From Natronohydrobacter sp. (GTDB taxonomy: Bacteria > Pseudomonadota > Alphaproteobacteria > Rhodobacterales > Rhodobacteraceae), in contig JAFIEM010000006.1 of the NCBI GenBank assembly GCA_020832555.1, forward strand, positions 1,372-65,371: a stretch of DNA of 64,000 nucleotides, read 5' to 3'. This document shows positions 1-10,900 of this stretch, one piece after another. Position numbers and translations under genes: made by a program. The notes under the pieces are model-generated. The model was not told the DNA's origin. It did not search any database and saw only the letters and a list, made by a program, of their open reading frames with translations. Every line of letters begins with the position of its first letter. Positions within the stretch are counted from its first letter, which is position 1.

Positions 1-842
1 TTCTGGCCGCGATTGGACTGGCCATCACCTTCGGCGTGATGCGCGTGATCAACATGGCGCATGGCGAGTTCATCATGATGGGTGCCTATACCGGCTATGT
101 CGTCCAGACCGTGATCCCCAACTACACGACATCGCTGATCGTGGCGCTGCCACTTGCCTTTGCGGTCACGTTCGCCGCCGGTGTTGCGATGGAGCGGCTG
201 GTGATCCGCCATCTCTATACCCGCCCGCTGGAAACCCTGCTCGCGACTTTCGGGATTTCGATTGCGCTGCAACAGCTTGCCAAGAACATCTTCGGCACGC
301 AGGCACGACCGCTGACGGCGCCAGACTGGCTGGCGGGCGCGATTCAGGTGAATGATGTGGTGTCCGTGGCCTCGATCCGGGTTGCGATTTTCGTCATGGC
401 CATCGGCTTCCTGCTTATGCTGCTCTATATCCTGAACCGCACCCGGCTGGGACTGGAAGTGCGCGCCGTGACGCAAAACCCCGGCATGGCCGCCAGCATG
501 GGCATCAATCCTGACCGGATCAACATGCTGACCTTCGGGCTTGGCTCGGGCATTGCAGGGGTGGCTGGTGTCTCGATCGGGCTGGTGGCGCAGGTCACGT
601 CGGAAATGGGCGCGAATTACATCGTCCAGAGTTTCATGACGGTTGTGGTGGGCGGTGTCGGATCAGTATTCGGCACGCTGGCCGGGGCCACGCTGATCGG
701 CTTCCTGCAAAAAGGCATCGAATGGTTCAACCCCGCCAATACGCTGGCCGCGCAGACCTTCATGGTGCTGTTCATCATCCTGTTCATCCAGTTCCGGCCC
801 AAGGGTATTGTCGCCCTGAAGGGTCGCGCTGCCGGGGATTGA
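1..842 (+). CDS. urtB: Urea ABC transporter permease UrtB (5' end outside window)
   Basis: LAAIGLAITFGVMRVINMAHGEFIMMGAY motif of the LivH/UrtB family; frame is open to the window edge; followed by urtC/D/E. Confidence 0.9.
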   Translation, partial: LAAIGLAITFGVMRVINMAHGEFIMMGAYTGYVVQTVIPNYTTSLIVALPLAFAVTFAAGVAMERLVIRHLYTRPLETLLATFGISIALQQLAKNIFGTQARPLTAPDWLAGAIQVNDVVSVASIRVAIFVMAIGFLLMLLYILNRTRLGLEVRAVTQNPGMAASMGINPDRINMLTFGLGSGIAGVAGVSIGLVAQVTSEMGANYIVQSFMTVVVGGVGSVFGTLAGATLIGFLQKGIEWFNPANTLAAQTFMVLFIILFIQFRPKGIVALKGRAAGD

Positions 843-845
843 TCC

Positions 846-1316
846 ATGATGTTCAGCATTCGGACCGCAAGCCCGCATGTGCCAGAGGTAGCCGCCGTCA
901 TCCGCGCGCATAACGCGTTTTGCAATGCGGTCAGCCCACCGGAGTCCTGCCACAAGCTGAATGCATCGGAACTTGATGTGCCCAAGATAACGCTGTGGAG
1001 TGCTTGGCAGGCGGAAGATGTTCTGGGCATCGGCGCGCTGAAACTGCTGCCGAACGGCGCTGGAGAGGTGAAGTCCATGCACACTGTCGCTGCAGCACGC
1101 GGCAAAGGTGTGGGCCGGGCCTTGCTCGAGATAATCTTGACGGATGCGAGGGCAAGGAAGCTGACAAGCCTGTGGCTGGAAACCGGCACTGCGCAGGAAT
1201 TCACCGCTGCACGCACGCTCTATGAGCGATTTGGCTTCGCCTCCTGCCCACCCTTCGGAACGTACAAGATCGATCCACACAGCGCCTTCTACACACTGGC
1301 ACTGACAGGAGACTGA
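846..1316 (+). CDS. GNAT family N-acetyltransferase (YedL/YsnE-like)
   Basis: SPPESCHKL, GEVKSMHT..ARGKGVG (acetyl-CoA motif A), LETG, LYERFGF..CPPFG; 3-4 nt gaps to both neighbours. Confidence 0.88.
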   Translation: MMFSIRTASPHVPEVAAVIRAHNAFCNAVSPPESCHKLNASELDVPKITLWSAWQAEDVLGIGALKLLPNGAGEVKSMHTVAAARGKGVGRALLEIILTDARARKLTSLWLETGTAQEFTAARTLYERFGFASCPPFGTYKIDPHSAFYTLALTGD

Positions 1317-1320
1317 CCGC

Positions 1321-2529
1321 ATGTCGCTTGATATCCCCCGCAGCACCCCTGCCCCTGCCAAGGTACGCCGCAGCTTTCTGCATGAAAACCCGTCGGTCCT
1401 GTGGTTCATTGGGCTTCTGGGCCTGTTCACTGTCGCGGTCACGGTCCTGTCCGAAGGCTTCGGGATCGGCATGATCTCGACCAATCTGGTCAAGGTGCTG
1501 GGCATGACGCTGTGCCTGTGCCTGATCGCCATCGCGATGGATGTGGTCTGGGGCTATTGCGGGATTCTGTCACTGGGGCATTTCGCCTTCTTTGGCTTGG
1601 GCGGCTATGCCATCGGCATGTGGCTGATGTATGCGCGCACGGAAATCGTGATCCGTGACAGTCTGGGCCGGGGCACCATCCCGCCCACGGAACTGGAAGT
1701 GTCAGAGGCCGTCGCTGCGCAGATTTTCGGTGTTGTCGGGTCGAGTGAATTGCCCTTGATCTGGACATTCGCCGGATCGCTGCCCTTTCAGTTGGCGATG
1801 GTGGTGCTGGTGCCGGGACTTCTGGCGCTGGTCTTTGGCTGGCTTGCTTTCCGCTCGCGCGTCACGGGCGTCTATCTGTCGATCCTGACCCAAGCCATGA
1901 CACTCGCGCTTTCGCTCTATCTGTTCCAGAACGACACCGGCCTGCGCGGCAATAACGGGCTGTCGGGGCTGCAGAATATCCCCGGTTTCCTGCATGTGCC
2001 GCAATCGGTGCTGTCGGTCTGGTTCTTCTGGGCCTCGGCCTGTGCACTGGGCGCGGGCTATCTGCTGTTCGCCTGGGTGGTGTCGGGCAAGTTCGGCTCG
2101 GTGATCCGTGCCATCCGCGACAACGAGGCCCGCGTGCGCTTCCTTGGCTATAATGTCGAAGGCTACAAGCTGTTCGTGTTCACCATCACGGCGGTCATTT
2201 CCGGCATCGCGGGCGCGCTCTACTACCCGCAGGCAGGCATCATCAACCCGGCGGAAATCGCGCCCATCGCCTCGATCTATCTGGCGGTCTGGGTCGCCAT
2301 CGGCGGGCGCGGGCGGCTTTACGGCGCGGTGATCGGGGCGGCCTTTGTCTCGCTTCTGTCAAGCTGGCTGACCGGGGGCGGTGCGCCGAACATCAATCTG
2401 GGCTTCTACCGCATCGTCTGGACCGACTGGTGGCTGGTGCTGCTGGGTCTGGGCTTCGTTGCGGTGACGCTGTTTTTTCCCAAGGGCATCGGCGGCGTGT
2501 TTGACTATCTCGTAAGGAAAAAGCCATGA
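1321..2529 (+). CDS. urtC: Urea ABC transporter permease UrtC
   Basis: WGYCGILSLGH, GVYLSILTQA, AIRDNEARVRFLGY, YYPQAGIINP, VAIGGRG motifs. Confidence 0.92.
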   Translation: MSLDIPRSTPAPAKVRRSFLHENPSVLWFIGLLGLFTVAVTVLSEGFGIGMISTNLVKVLGMTLCLCLIAIAMDVVWGYCGILSLGHFAFFGLGGYAIGMWLMYARTEIVIRDSLGRGTIPPTELEVSEAVAAQIFGVVGSSELPLIWTFAGSLPFQLAMVVLVPGLLALVFGWLAFRSRVTGVYLSILTQAMTLALSLYLFQNDTGLRGNNGLSGLQNIPGFLHVPQSVLSVWFFWASACALGAGYLLFAWVVSGKFGSVIRAIRDNEARVRFLGYNVEGYKLFVFTITAVISGIAGALYYPQAGIINPAEIAPIASIYLAVWVAIGGRGRLYGAVIGAAFVSLLSSWLTGGGAPNINLGFYRIVWTDWWLVLLGLGFVAVTLFFPKGIGGVFDYLVRKKP

Positions 2530-3266
2530 GCACGCTTCTCGAAGTCTCGGGCGTTTCGGTCACCTTTGACGGGTTTCGCGCCATCAACAACCTGTCGATC
2601 GCCATCGGCGAGCCGGAATTGCGCGCGGTGATCGGGCCGAATGGCGCGGGCAAGACGACCTTCATGGATATCGTGACCGGCAAGACGCGGCCCGATGAGG
2701 GGAAGGTGATCTGGGGGGAACGGTCGGTCAATCTGCTGAAATATTCCGAGAGCCAGATCGCCAAGATGGGCATTGGCCGCAAGTTCCAGAAACCGACTGT
2801 CTTCGAGGATCAGAGCGTGCGCGACAATCTGGCCATGGCGCTCGCGAACAAGCGTGGTCCGTTTTCGGTGCTGGTCTGGCGCGCGAGCGACCGCGACCGC
2901 GCGCGGATCGAGGAGTTGGCCGAGGAAGTGGGCCTGTCCGAACGGCTGGACGACAGCGCAGGCATCCTCAGCCACGGGCAGAAACAATGGCTGGAAATCG
3001 GCATGTTGCTTGCCCAGGACCCGCGGCTGTTGCTGGTCGATGAGCCCGCCGCCGGGATGACGCCTGCCGAACGTGAGCATACGACAGACTTGTTGAAACG
3101 GGCCGCCAAGACCCGCGCCGTGGTGGTGATCGAGCATGATATGGAGTTCATCCGCCGTCTGGATTGCCGCGTCACCTGCCTGCATGAAGGCTCCGTGCTG
3201 GCCGAAGGCTCGCTCGATTACGTGACCAAGAACCAGCAGGTCATTGATGTCTATCTGGGGCGCTGA
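2526..3266 (+). CDS. urtD: Urea ABC transporter ATP-binding protein UrtD
   Basis: Walker A GPNGAGKT, GRKFQKPTVF, LSHGQKQWLEIGM; ATGA overlap with urtC. Confidence 0.93.
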   Translation: MSTLLEVSGVSVTFDGFRAINNLSIAIGEPELRAVIGPNGAGKTTFMDIVTGKTRPDEGKVIWGERSVNLLKYSESQIAKMGIGRKFQKPTVFEDQSVRDNLAMALANKRGPFSVLVWRASDRDRARIEELAEEVGLSERLDDSAGILSHGQKQWLEIGMLLAQDPRLLLVDEPAAGMTPAEREHTTDLLKRAAKTRAVVVIEHDMEFIRRLDCRVTCLHEGSVLAEGSLDYVTKNQQVIDVYLGR

Positions 3267-3269
3267 GAG

Positions 3270-3965
3270 ATGCTGAAAGTTGAAGATCTGACATTGCATT
3301 ACAGCGCCTCGCAAATCCTCTGGGGGGTGTCGCTGGAGGCGCGCGTGGGCGCGGTCACGGCCGTGATGGGCACGAATGGCGTTGGAAAGACATCGCTTTT
3401 GCGCGCCATCGCGGGCCGCCACCCGTATTCCGGCGGCAAGATCACGCTTGACGGGCAGGTGCTGGATCATCCGACAGCGGCGCAGGCGGCGCGGGCTGGT
3501 ATCGCATATGTGCCACAGGGGCGCGAGGTGTTTCCACTGCTGACCGTGACCGAGAACCTGCAGACGGGCTTTGCCTGCCTGCCACGTTCCGAGCACAAGA
3601 TCCCGCCCCGCATCTACGAGTTGTTCCCGGTACTCGAGCAGATGAAGAACCGGCGCGGGGGGGATTTGTCGGGCGGGCAACAGCAACAGCTTGCGATTGC
3701 GCGGGCGCTGATTGCCAAGCCGAAGGTGCTGCTGCTGGACGAGCCGACCGAGGGCATCCAGCCCAATATCATCAAGCAGATCGGCAAGGTGATCGAACTG
3801 TTGCGCGAAGAGGGCGAAATCGCGATTGTGCTGGTCGAGCAATATTTCGATTTTGCCTATGGGCTGGCAGATGAATTTTGCGTCCTCAATCGCGGTGAGG
3901 TGGTGCTTGCCCAGCCAGCAAGCGCAGTGACGAAAGAGCAGATCCTCGCACGCGTCTCGATCTGA
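3270..3965 (+). CDS. urtE: Urea ABC transporter ATP-binding protein UrtE
   Basis: GTNGVGKT, YVPQGRE, LSGGQQQQLAIARAL, DEPTEGIQPNII. Confidence 0.93.
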   Translation: MLKVEDLTLHYSASQILWGVSLEARVGAVTAVMGTNGVGKTSLLRAIAGRHPYSGGKITLDGQVLDHPTAAQAARAGIAYVPQGREVFPLLTVTENLQTGFACLPRSEHKIPPRIYELFPVLEQMKNRRGGDLSGGQQQQLAIARALIAKPKVLLLDEPTEGIQPNIIKQIGKVIELLREEGEIAIVLVEQYFDFAYGLADEFCVLNRGEVVLAQPASAVTKEQILARVSI

Positions 3966-4076
3966 TGCTGTCGCAGCGCACGGAAAATTGCGCGCGCAGC
4001 AGGCCCGAAGCTGTGATATTTTGCGCAGAAGAATCGGAGAGAAAACTCCGGTCAGAGCAGTATCCAGAGGCAAACC

Positions 4077-4697
4077 ATGCGACTTTTCGTCCCCATTCTG
4101 GCCGCGATCCTGATGATCGTGCCCCTTACCGCTGCGCAGGCAGCCCCCGCAGAATGCAGCACCCGGATCGACGGGGAACCCGTCACGATCTTTTTCAATA
4201 CCGATGATCCGAGCTTTTCCTCGTTTCGCGAGCGCTATCTGCGGCGCAACCGGACGGCCTGTCCCGGCGCGGTTGTCATCACCTATCTGACCCCGGATCT
4301 GAGCGCCGACGAACGCGAGGTGTTCTGCGCCAATTACGACGAGACGCAGAAAAGCTATTCGCAGCCTGCCCTTGGCAAGCGCGACAGTTTCGGGCGTTGC
4401 GCGGAACCGTCGCGGACCTGCCAACTCGTCAACACGACCAAAGATGAAGCCATGGCACTTGCAGGGCTTGGGCAGCAGGCACCCGGCGAAAGCCGGTTGC
4501 GCAGCACGCTCAGCACGCTGACGCATAGTTCGGGCGCGATGATCCTGTCGGGGAATGGTGCCGCACTCGTTAACGCGATCAGCCAGACCGGGGCGGTTGT
4601 CGGCTCTGCATTGGCCAGTCCGGCAGTGCTGGCAGGGGCGGCGGCCAGTGTCGTCGTGATCGGGGGCGCTGTCTATCTCTGCGCCGATGACACCTGA
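4077..4697 (+). CDS. Hypothetical exported protein (signal peptide, 6 Cys, hydrophobic Ala/Gly-rich C-terminus)
   Basis: MRLFVPILAAILMIVPLTAAQA signal peptide; AGAGG RBS upstream; host-like codon usage. Confidence 0.75.
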   Translation: MRLFVPILAAILMIVPLTAAQAAPAECSTRIDGEPVTIFFNTDDPSFSSFRERYLRRNRTACPGAVVITYLTPDLSADEREVFCANYDETQKSYSQPALGKRDSFGRCAEPSRTCQLVNTTKDEAMALAGLGQQAPGESRLRSTLSTLTHSSGAMILSGNGAALVNAISQTGAVVGSALASPAVLAGAAASVVVIGGAVYLCADDT

Positions 4698-4699
4698 TC

Positions 4700-5566
4700 T
4701 CAGAGCGCAACCATATCGACCGCATGCGCGGCGGACTGCGCGCCTGCGGTGCGCAAGGCGCCGCGCACCGGGGCGGCATCGGCATAATCTCGCCCGATGG
4801 CGACGGTGATGTAGTCCTCGCCCGCCCATTGGGCATTGGTCGGGTCATATTCGACCCAGCCCTGCGTGATCCCGCACCAGGCCATGACCCAGCCATGCAT
4901 CGCATCGACCCCGGCCAGTCGCCTCATGCCCGGTGGCGGCGTGGTGCGGATGAATCCCGAGACATAGCCCGCGGGGATGCCCAATGCGCGCAGCCCGCAG
5001 ATCATGATCTGTGCGAAATCCTGACAGACCCCGCGCCGGGCGGCAAAGGCCGTGGCGGGCGCGGTCATCACATCGGTTGCCTCTGCATCAAAGGTCATCT
5101 GAGAATGAATCGCCTGCCCCAGTGCAGCGACCACCTCGCGCACAGTTTGGCCGGGTTGGCAGACAGACTGCGCGAAGGTCGCGATTTCCGGCTCTGGCGG
5201 AATACGCGGGGAAGGACTGCGAAAATGCAGCGGCGAATCCGGGGCCATCCCTGCCGCCATGACCTCGGGCGCGAGCGCGTTCAGCCGGGGTGAAATATCC
5301 ATTGCGCTGACCGCAATGCGTTCGGCCCGGACCGACAGATGGAAACTGATCGCCTCGACCGGTCGGTGCCATGCGACCAGCGTGGTGGCATTGCCGAAAT
5401 AATCCACCATTTCGCGGCGTTCCTGTGGCGGGGGCGTGATGGTCAGCAAGCGGCGCTGCACGCGCTGGTTGGGCCTGTCCGAGGGCAAGAGCCGCAGCAG
5501 GTTGCGCACATGGTCCGAGGCGGCGGGGTAGCTATGGTCCAGACGAAGGCGGATGTCGTAGCGCAT
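4700..5566 (-). CDS. Transglutaminase family protein (Bact_transglu_N + catalytic core)
   Basis: Start MRYDIRLRLDHSY at 5566; DYFGN; Cys-His-Asp triad motifs GVCQDFA, AMHGW, YDPTN; GRDYAD. Confidence 0.9.
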   Translation of the reverse strand: MRYDIRLRLDHSYPAASDHVRNLLRLLPSDRPNQRVQRRLLTITPPPQERREMVDYFGNATTLVAWHRPVEAISFHLSVRAERIAVSAMDISPRLNALAPEVMAAGMAPDSPLHFRSPSPRIPPEPEIATFAQSVCQPGQTVREVVAALGQAIHSQMTFDAEATDVMTAPATAFAARRGVCQDFAQIMICGLRALGIPAGYVSGFIRTTPPPGMRRLAGVDAMHGWVMAWCGITQGWVEYDPTNAQWAGEDYITVAIGRDYADAAPVRGALRTAGAQSAAHAVDMVAL

Positions 5567-5570
5567 GGCG

Positions 5571-7958
5571 TCACCTGAAATAGCGCGCGGAAAGCCGGTC
5601 CGAGACGGTCGCAAGACGCGCCCGGAACCGCGCAAGTTCTTCTTGCGACAAATCCGCCGGATCGGCCACGCGCAGATCCGTGTCCATTTCAAGCAGGAGC
5701 TTCTCGACAGTGCTGAGCCGGTCGCGGTCGGACTCATGGGGCAGCTGCGCGATATGAGCGCGCATTTCACTGATCTGGTAGAGTACCCCGCGAGGATTGT
5801 CCGGGTCCAGCACCAGCAGGTCGAGCACGGTCTCGCGCGACGGCCCGAAGCGATACCGGCGCTGATGCGTCATGATGCAGTCACCGGTCTCAATGGCGAT
5901 CTCGAAAATGCCGGGCGCGGACTCCGTTGTGGCGAAGCTCATGAGTTGCAAGAGCATGGCATCGGCACGTTCCTGTGCGCGGCCCAGTGACAGAAAACGC
6001 CAGCCGAGATAGCGATACATATTCTCATGCACCAGACCCGAAAAACCCGAGAGCTTGCGCAACAACACGGACATGGCGCGCGCCGCGTCATCGCCCGCTG
6101 CGACCACCTGGGCAAATCTGGCGGTCGTCTTCGCCAGATCATTGAGGGCCTGCCAGCCATCCGGCGAAAACCGGTCGCGCACCTTCGAGGCCGCCATGCG
6201 CGCGGCCGCGATCAGTTCGGACAGCGCCTCTGGTACCGGGCGGTCCGGCGCGATGCCGAGACTTGCCAGATAGGCAGCCAGCATATCAAGGCGCGGCTCG
6301 TTGCTGTCACCGGTTTCGGCCAGACGCAGGTGATAGGCGCGCAAAAGCCGGATCGCGCCTTCGGTGCGTTCAACATAGCGGCCCAGCCAATAGAGATTAT
6401 CCGCCGCGCGCGCAGGCAGAATCCCGGCGGTTTCGCGCTCGAAAACTGCCGTTGGCGCCAAACTATCCGGCGGCACCGCGCGCGGGGCCATGACCCAGAC
6501 ATCAGCAACCGATCCGCCTGCCTGCATCGCAAGCGCATTTGTATCATCGCTCTTGCCGATCCGCGCATATCCACCGGGCATGAAGGTCCAGCCCTGTGCC
6601 GTGCGGGTCGCAAAAACCCGGATTGTCATCGGACGCGGCACCAATCGACCATTGGACCAGACCGGTGTGGTCGATAACCTCACTGCCTGTTGCGCAACCA
6701 GATTATGTCCGTTGCGGCCGATCCAGTCCTCCAGCGGCCAGTCAGCCATCGTCAGATTGGCCGCGCCCAGGGCCGCGTCCGCGCCCGCCGCGAAAGGCAA
6801 TGTCTTTTCCAGCGCGCTGCCGATGATCATGCTCTTGGCATGAGCCTGCACATGAGCGCGCTCGGCGGGTTGGCCGCACCACCATGTCGCGATATTAGGC
6901 AATATCAGCGTCTCGCCCAGCAGGTGGCGCGCAATGCGGGGAAAGAAGGCCATGAAAGCGCGGGTTTCCAGAACCCCGCTGCCGGGGGCGTTGATCAGGT
7001 TCAACCCGCCCTGCCGGAATGCGCCCAGCAATCCGGGCGTGCCAAGCTGTGACGCCTCCATCAGTTCCAGCGGGTCCACGAATTCGTCGTCGATGCGCCG
7101 CCAAAGCAGCCCCAGCGGCTCCAGACCGCGCACGGTGCGCACCATGGCTTGCCCGTTCTCGACGATCAGATCCTCGCCTTCGAGCAGCATCAGCCCCAGA
7201 TAGCGGGCGATATAGGTGTGCTCGTAATAGGTGTCATTATTCGGCCCCGGCGTCAGGATCGCCATATGGCGGCCCTCGCCCGCCAGCGCTTCCATCGTGG
7301 CGCGGAAGCTGCGGAAGAACCCGGCCAGTCGGCGCAGATTGCTGCGCGGGAAAGGGTCCGTGAAGATCCGTGTGGCCGCCATGCGGTTTTCAAGTGCGAA
7401 ACCCGCGCCTGACGGGGCCTCGGTCCGGTCGCCCAGCACGAAGAATGACCCGTCGGGCGAGCGCCCGATCTCAAACGCCAGATGATGCAGCCAATGCCCC
7501 GAAGCCGGTGTCGTGCCGACCAGCGGATGCAGCCAATGCGGATTTCCGGCCACGAGTTCGGCAGGCAGATGACCCTCGGCCACCAGTTGCGCGGACCCAT
7601 AGAGGTCGGCCACGATCCGTTCCAGCAGGTCTGCACGCTGCGCAAGGCCGTCGCAGATGGTCTGCCATTCGGCATCGGAGATCAGCACCGGTACATGGCT
7701 GAGCGGCCATGACCGCTCTTGCGCGGGACCGCCCGAGTAGAGCCGGAAATAGACGCCCGCATCGCGCAGATACTGGTCGCCGCGCGCGAAGCGGGACTCA
7801 ATCTCTTGCGGCGAGAGCGCCGTCATCTGGTCGATGAAAGCCCGCCAGACCGGGCGCATATTGCCCTGCGCATCAAACAACTCATCCGCAACGCCCGCGC
7901 GTGGCGTATAGTCCTGCAGGACAGGCGGCAGAGGATGATGCAGCGGCTCGCTCATCAC
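5571..7958 (-). CDS. Circularly permuted type 2 ATP-grasp protein fused to alpha-E (DUF403) domain
   Basis: DRTEAPSGAGFALENR, LTPGPNN..YYEH, EGEDL, MPGGYAR, DVWV; alpha-E repeats LYWLGRYVERTE and GWRFLSLGRAQERA. Confidence 0.9.
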   Translation of the reverse strand: MMSEPLHHPLPPVLQDYTPRAGVADELFDAQGNMRPVWRAFIDQMTALSPQEIESRFARGDQYLRDAGVYFRLYSGGPAQERSWPLSHVPVLISDAEWQTICDGLAQRADLLERIVADLYGSAQLVAEGHLPAELVAGNPHWLHPLVGTTPASGHWLHHLAFEIGRSPDGSFFVLGDRTEAPSGAGFALENRMAATRIFTDPFPRSNLRRLAGFFRSFRATMEALAGEGRHMAILTPGPNNDTYYEHTYIARYLGLMLLEGEDLIVENGQAMVRTVRGLEPLGLLWRRIDDEFVDPLELMEASQLGTPGLLGAFRQGGLNLINAPGSGVLETRAFMAFFPRIARHLLGETLILPNIATWWCGQPAERAHVQAHAKSMIIGSALEKTLPFAAGADAALGAANLTMADWPLEDWIGRNGHNLVAQQAVRLSTTPVWSNGRLVPRPMTIRVFATRTAQGWTFMPGGYARIGKSDDTNALAMQAGGSVADVWVMAPRAVPPDSLAPTAVFERETAGILPARAADNLYWLGRYVERTEGAIRLLRAYHLRLAETGDSNEPRLDMLAAYLASLGIAPDRPVPEALSELIAAARMAASKVRDRFSPDGWQALNDLAKTTARFAQVVAAGDDAARAMSVLLRKLSGFSGLVHENMYRYLGWRFLSLGRAQERADAMLLQLMSFATTESAPGIFEIAIETGDCIMTHQRRYRFGPSRETVLDLLVLDPDNPRGVLYQISEMRAHIAQLPHESDRDRLSTVEKLLLEMDTDLRVADPADLSQEELARFRARLATVSDRLSARYFR

Positions 7959-7962
7959 GCGG

Positions 7963-10900
7963 TCATACAGAAGCGCCGCGCCGCAAGTCCAGTGTCATCG
8001 GAAACTCGGGATGCGGCACTTCGGGCGCGGGCTGGTAGGCCCCGGTGGAATGGCCCAACGCCTCGAACCGCGCAAGGCGGCGGGCTTCGGCCTCGTAGCC
8101 ATTCACAGGGAAAGTGTCATAGTTCCGTCCCCCCGGATGGGCGACGTGATAGACGCAGCCCCCCAGCGCGCGCCCGGTCCATGTGTCATAGATGTCAAAG
8201 GTCAGGGGCGCATTAACCGGCAACACCGGGTGCAGCGCCGCTGCGGGCTGCCATGCCTTGAAACGCACACCGCCAACGCTTTCTCCCGAGATGCCGGTTT
8301 TCGCCAGCGGCACCGGGCGCTGGTTGCACATCACGCGGTAGCGGTCCTGATGCAATGTGGTCAGCCGCACCTGCAGGCGCTCGACGGAGCTGTCGGTATA
8401 GCGCACCGTCCCGCCAATCGCGCCGGTTTCGCCCAGCACATGCCACGGCTCCAGCGCCTGACGCAGTTCCAGATGCACATCATCAACCTCAATCTGCCCG
8501 CAGAAGGGGAAACGGAACTCGGCCTGCGCGCGGAACCATTCAGGGTCCATGTCAAAGCCGTGCGCGCGAAGATCGTCAAGAAGCGACAGGAAATCCTGCC
8601 AGACGAAATGCGGCAGCATCATGCGGTCATGCAGCACCGTGCCCCAGCGCACCGGGTTTGACCGCACCGGATCTTGCGCCACCCGCGCGATGATGGCGCG
8701 GATCAGCAGTTGCTGGGCAAGGTTCATGCGCGGATGGGGCGGCATCTCAAAGCCACGGAACTCGACCAGCCCCAGCCGCCCGGTGGGGCCATCAGGCGAG
8801 TAAAGCTTGTCGATGCAGATTTCGGCGCGATGGGTGTTGCCGGTGACGTCGATCAGGATGTTCCGGAGCAGCCGGTCCACCAGCCAAGGCGGCGGCAGCG
8901 GGCCGCCTGCGACCGGATCGCCGATCTGGGATAGAGCGATTTCCAGTTCATACAGGCTGTCATGGCGCGCTTCATCAATGCGCGGGGCCTGTGACGTGGG
9001 GCCGATGAACAGCCCCGAAAACAGATAGCTGAGCGAGGGATGACGCTGCCAGATCAGGATCAGCGATTTCAGCAGATCCGGGCGGCGCAGGAAGGGGCTG
9101 TCCTCCATCGTCGCCCCACCGACGACGACATGATTGCCCCCGCCCGTGCCCGTATGGCGTCCGTCGATCATGAACTTGTCGGCACCCAGACGGCAATTGC
9201 GCGCTTCCTCATAGATCGCCTCGGTCGTGGCCACACAATCGTCCCAGCTATGGGCAGGGTGAACATTGACCTCGATCACACCGGGATCCGGGGCCACGCG
9301 GATCACGTTCAGGCGTGGATCATCGGGGGGCGCATAGCCTTCGATATGGATGGGCAGGCCCAGCTCCTGCGCGGTTGCCTCTGCGGCGTAGATCAGGTCG
9401 AGATAATCCTCCAACTCTTCGCAGGGCGGCATGAACAGGCACAGACGCCCGTCACGCGGCTCGATGGCGATGGCGGTGCGCACCTCGCTTTCAGAGGGAT
9501 CGCCGCTGCCCTGCGCGACCATGGCCTGACGATGCGTGTCATCTGCTTTCAGCGCGCCGTCCTGACGGTGCCCCTGCGACACCGCCGGGGTCATGGCGTC
9601 CTGTTCGGCCTGCTCGCGCGCCGCGCGGGTGTCATTGCTGTCGTGATAATCGGGCAGCGGGTCCAGCGGGCGCGACGTGTCTGCGGGGTAGCTGTAGGGG
9701 TATTGCGCAGGCGGAATATAGGGCAGACTGCCCAATGGCAGGCGGAAGCCTACCGGGCTGTCGCCGGGCACCAGAAACAGCTTGCCACGACGGGGTTTCC
9801 ACATCTCCGAGCGCCAGCGCGGGGCTGATGCCGCACTTTGCCAGCGCTGGATCGGCAGCACGAAACCCGCCGGCTCGGTCAGACCTCGCGCAAAGACGCG
9901 CGCGATGCGGGCGCGGGCCTCGGCATCCTTCAACTCGGAATTCTCGGGCGAGACATTGGGGGGCAGGTTGGCTTCTTTCAGGATCCATTCTGCCGGGTCT
10001 TCATAGGCGGGCTGCGCGTGGTCCGGCGTGATCCCCAGCTTCTCGGCAAAGCCTTGCATGAAAGCGCCCGCCTGTTCGGCGCTGGCCCCGTAATCGACCG
10101 CTTCCTGAGCGACCAAGGCCGGGTCGCGCCAGACGGATTTCCCGTCGCGCCGCCAGTAGAGCGAGAATGTCCAGCGCGGCAAGGTTTCGCCGGGATACCA
10201 TTTGCCCTGCCCGTAATGCAGGAACCCCTGCGGCGCGAAGCGTTCGCGCAACCGCCGGATCAGCTTGTCAGCCAGATCGCGCTTGGTGGGGCCGACCGCA
10301 TCCGTGTTCCATTCGGCGCTCTCAAAATCATCAATCGAGACGAAGGTCGGCTCACCTCCCATGGTCAGGCGCAGATCGGCGGCATTCAGCGCCGCATCGA
10401 CCTTTTCGCCCATCGCATTCAGCCGGTCCCATGCTTCATCACTGAAAGGCTTGGTGATGCGCGGATGCTCGGCAACGCGACTCACCTTCATGTCAAAATC
10501 GAAGCTGACCTGTGTTTCGGGCGATCCACTGAAGCCGCCGGTGATGGGCGCTGCATTGCGGTAATGCGGCGTTGCGGCTAGGGGAATATGGCTTTCACCC
10601 GTCAAAAGGCCCGATGTCGGGTCCAGCCCGATCCAGCCTGCGCCGGGGATATAGGCTTCGACCCAGGCGTGCAGATCGGTGAAATCGACCTCGGTGCCGG
10701 AAGGGCCATCAAGCGCCTTCACGTCCGGGGCAAGCTGGATCAGGTAGCCGGACACAAACCGCGCCGCGACCCCCAGATGGCGCAGCGCCTGCACCAGAAG
10801 CCAGCTCGAATCGCGGCACGAGCCTTCGGCCTGGGCCAGCGTTTCCTCGGGCGTCTGCACACCGGGTTCCATGCGGATGGTGTAATTCACCACCTCGCTG

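Noticed and set aside
3975-3995. GCGCA-N8-TGCGC palindrome after urtE as an NtrC site
   Set aside because: The spacing does not fit the NtrC consensus and such palindromes are common in GC-rich DNA.
2505-4829. 774-aa minus-strand ORF
   Set aside because: Antisense shadow of urtD, urtE and the exported protein; no motifs; typical of high-GC codon bias.
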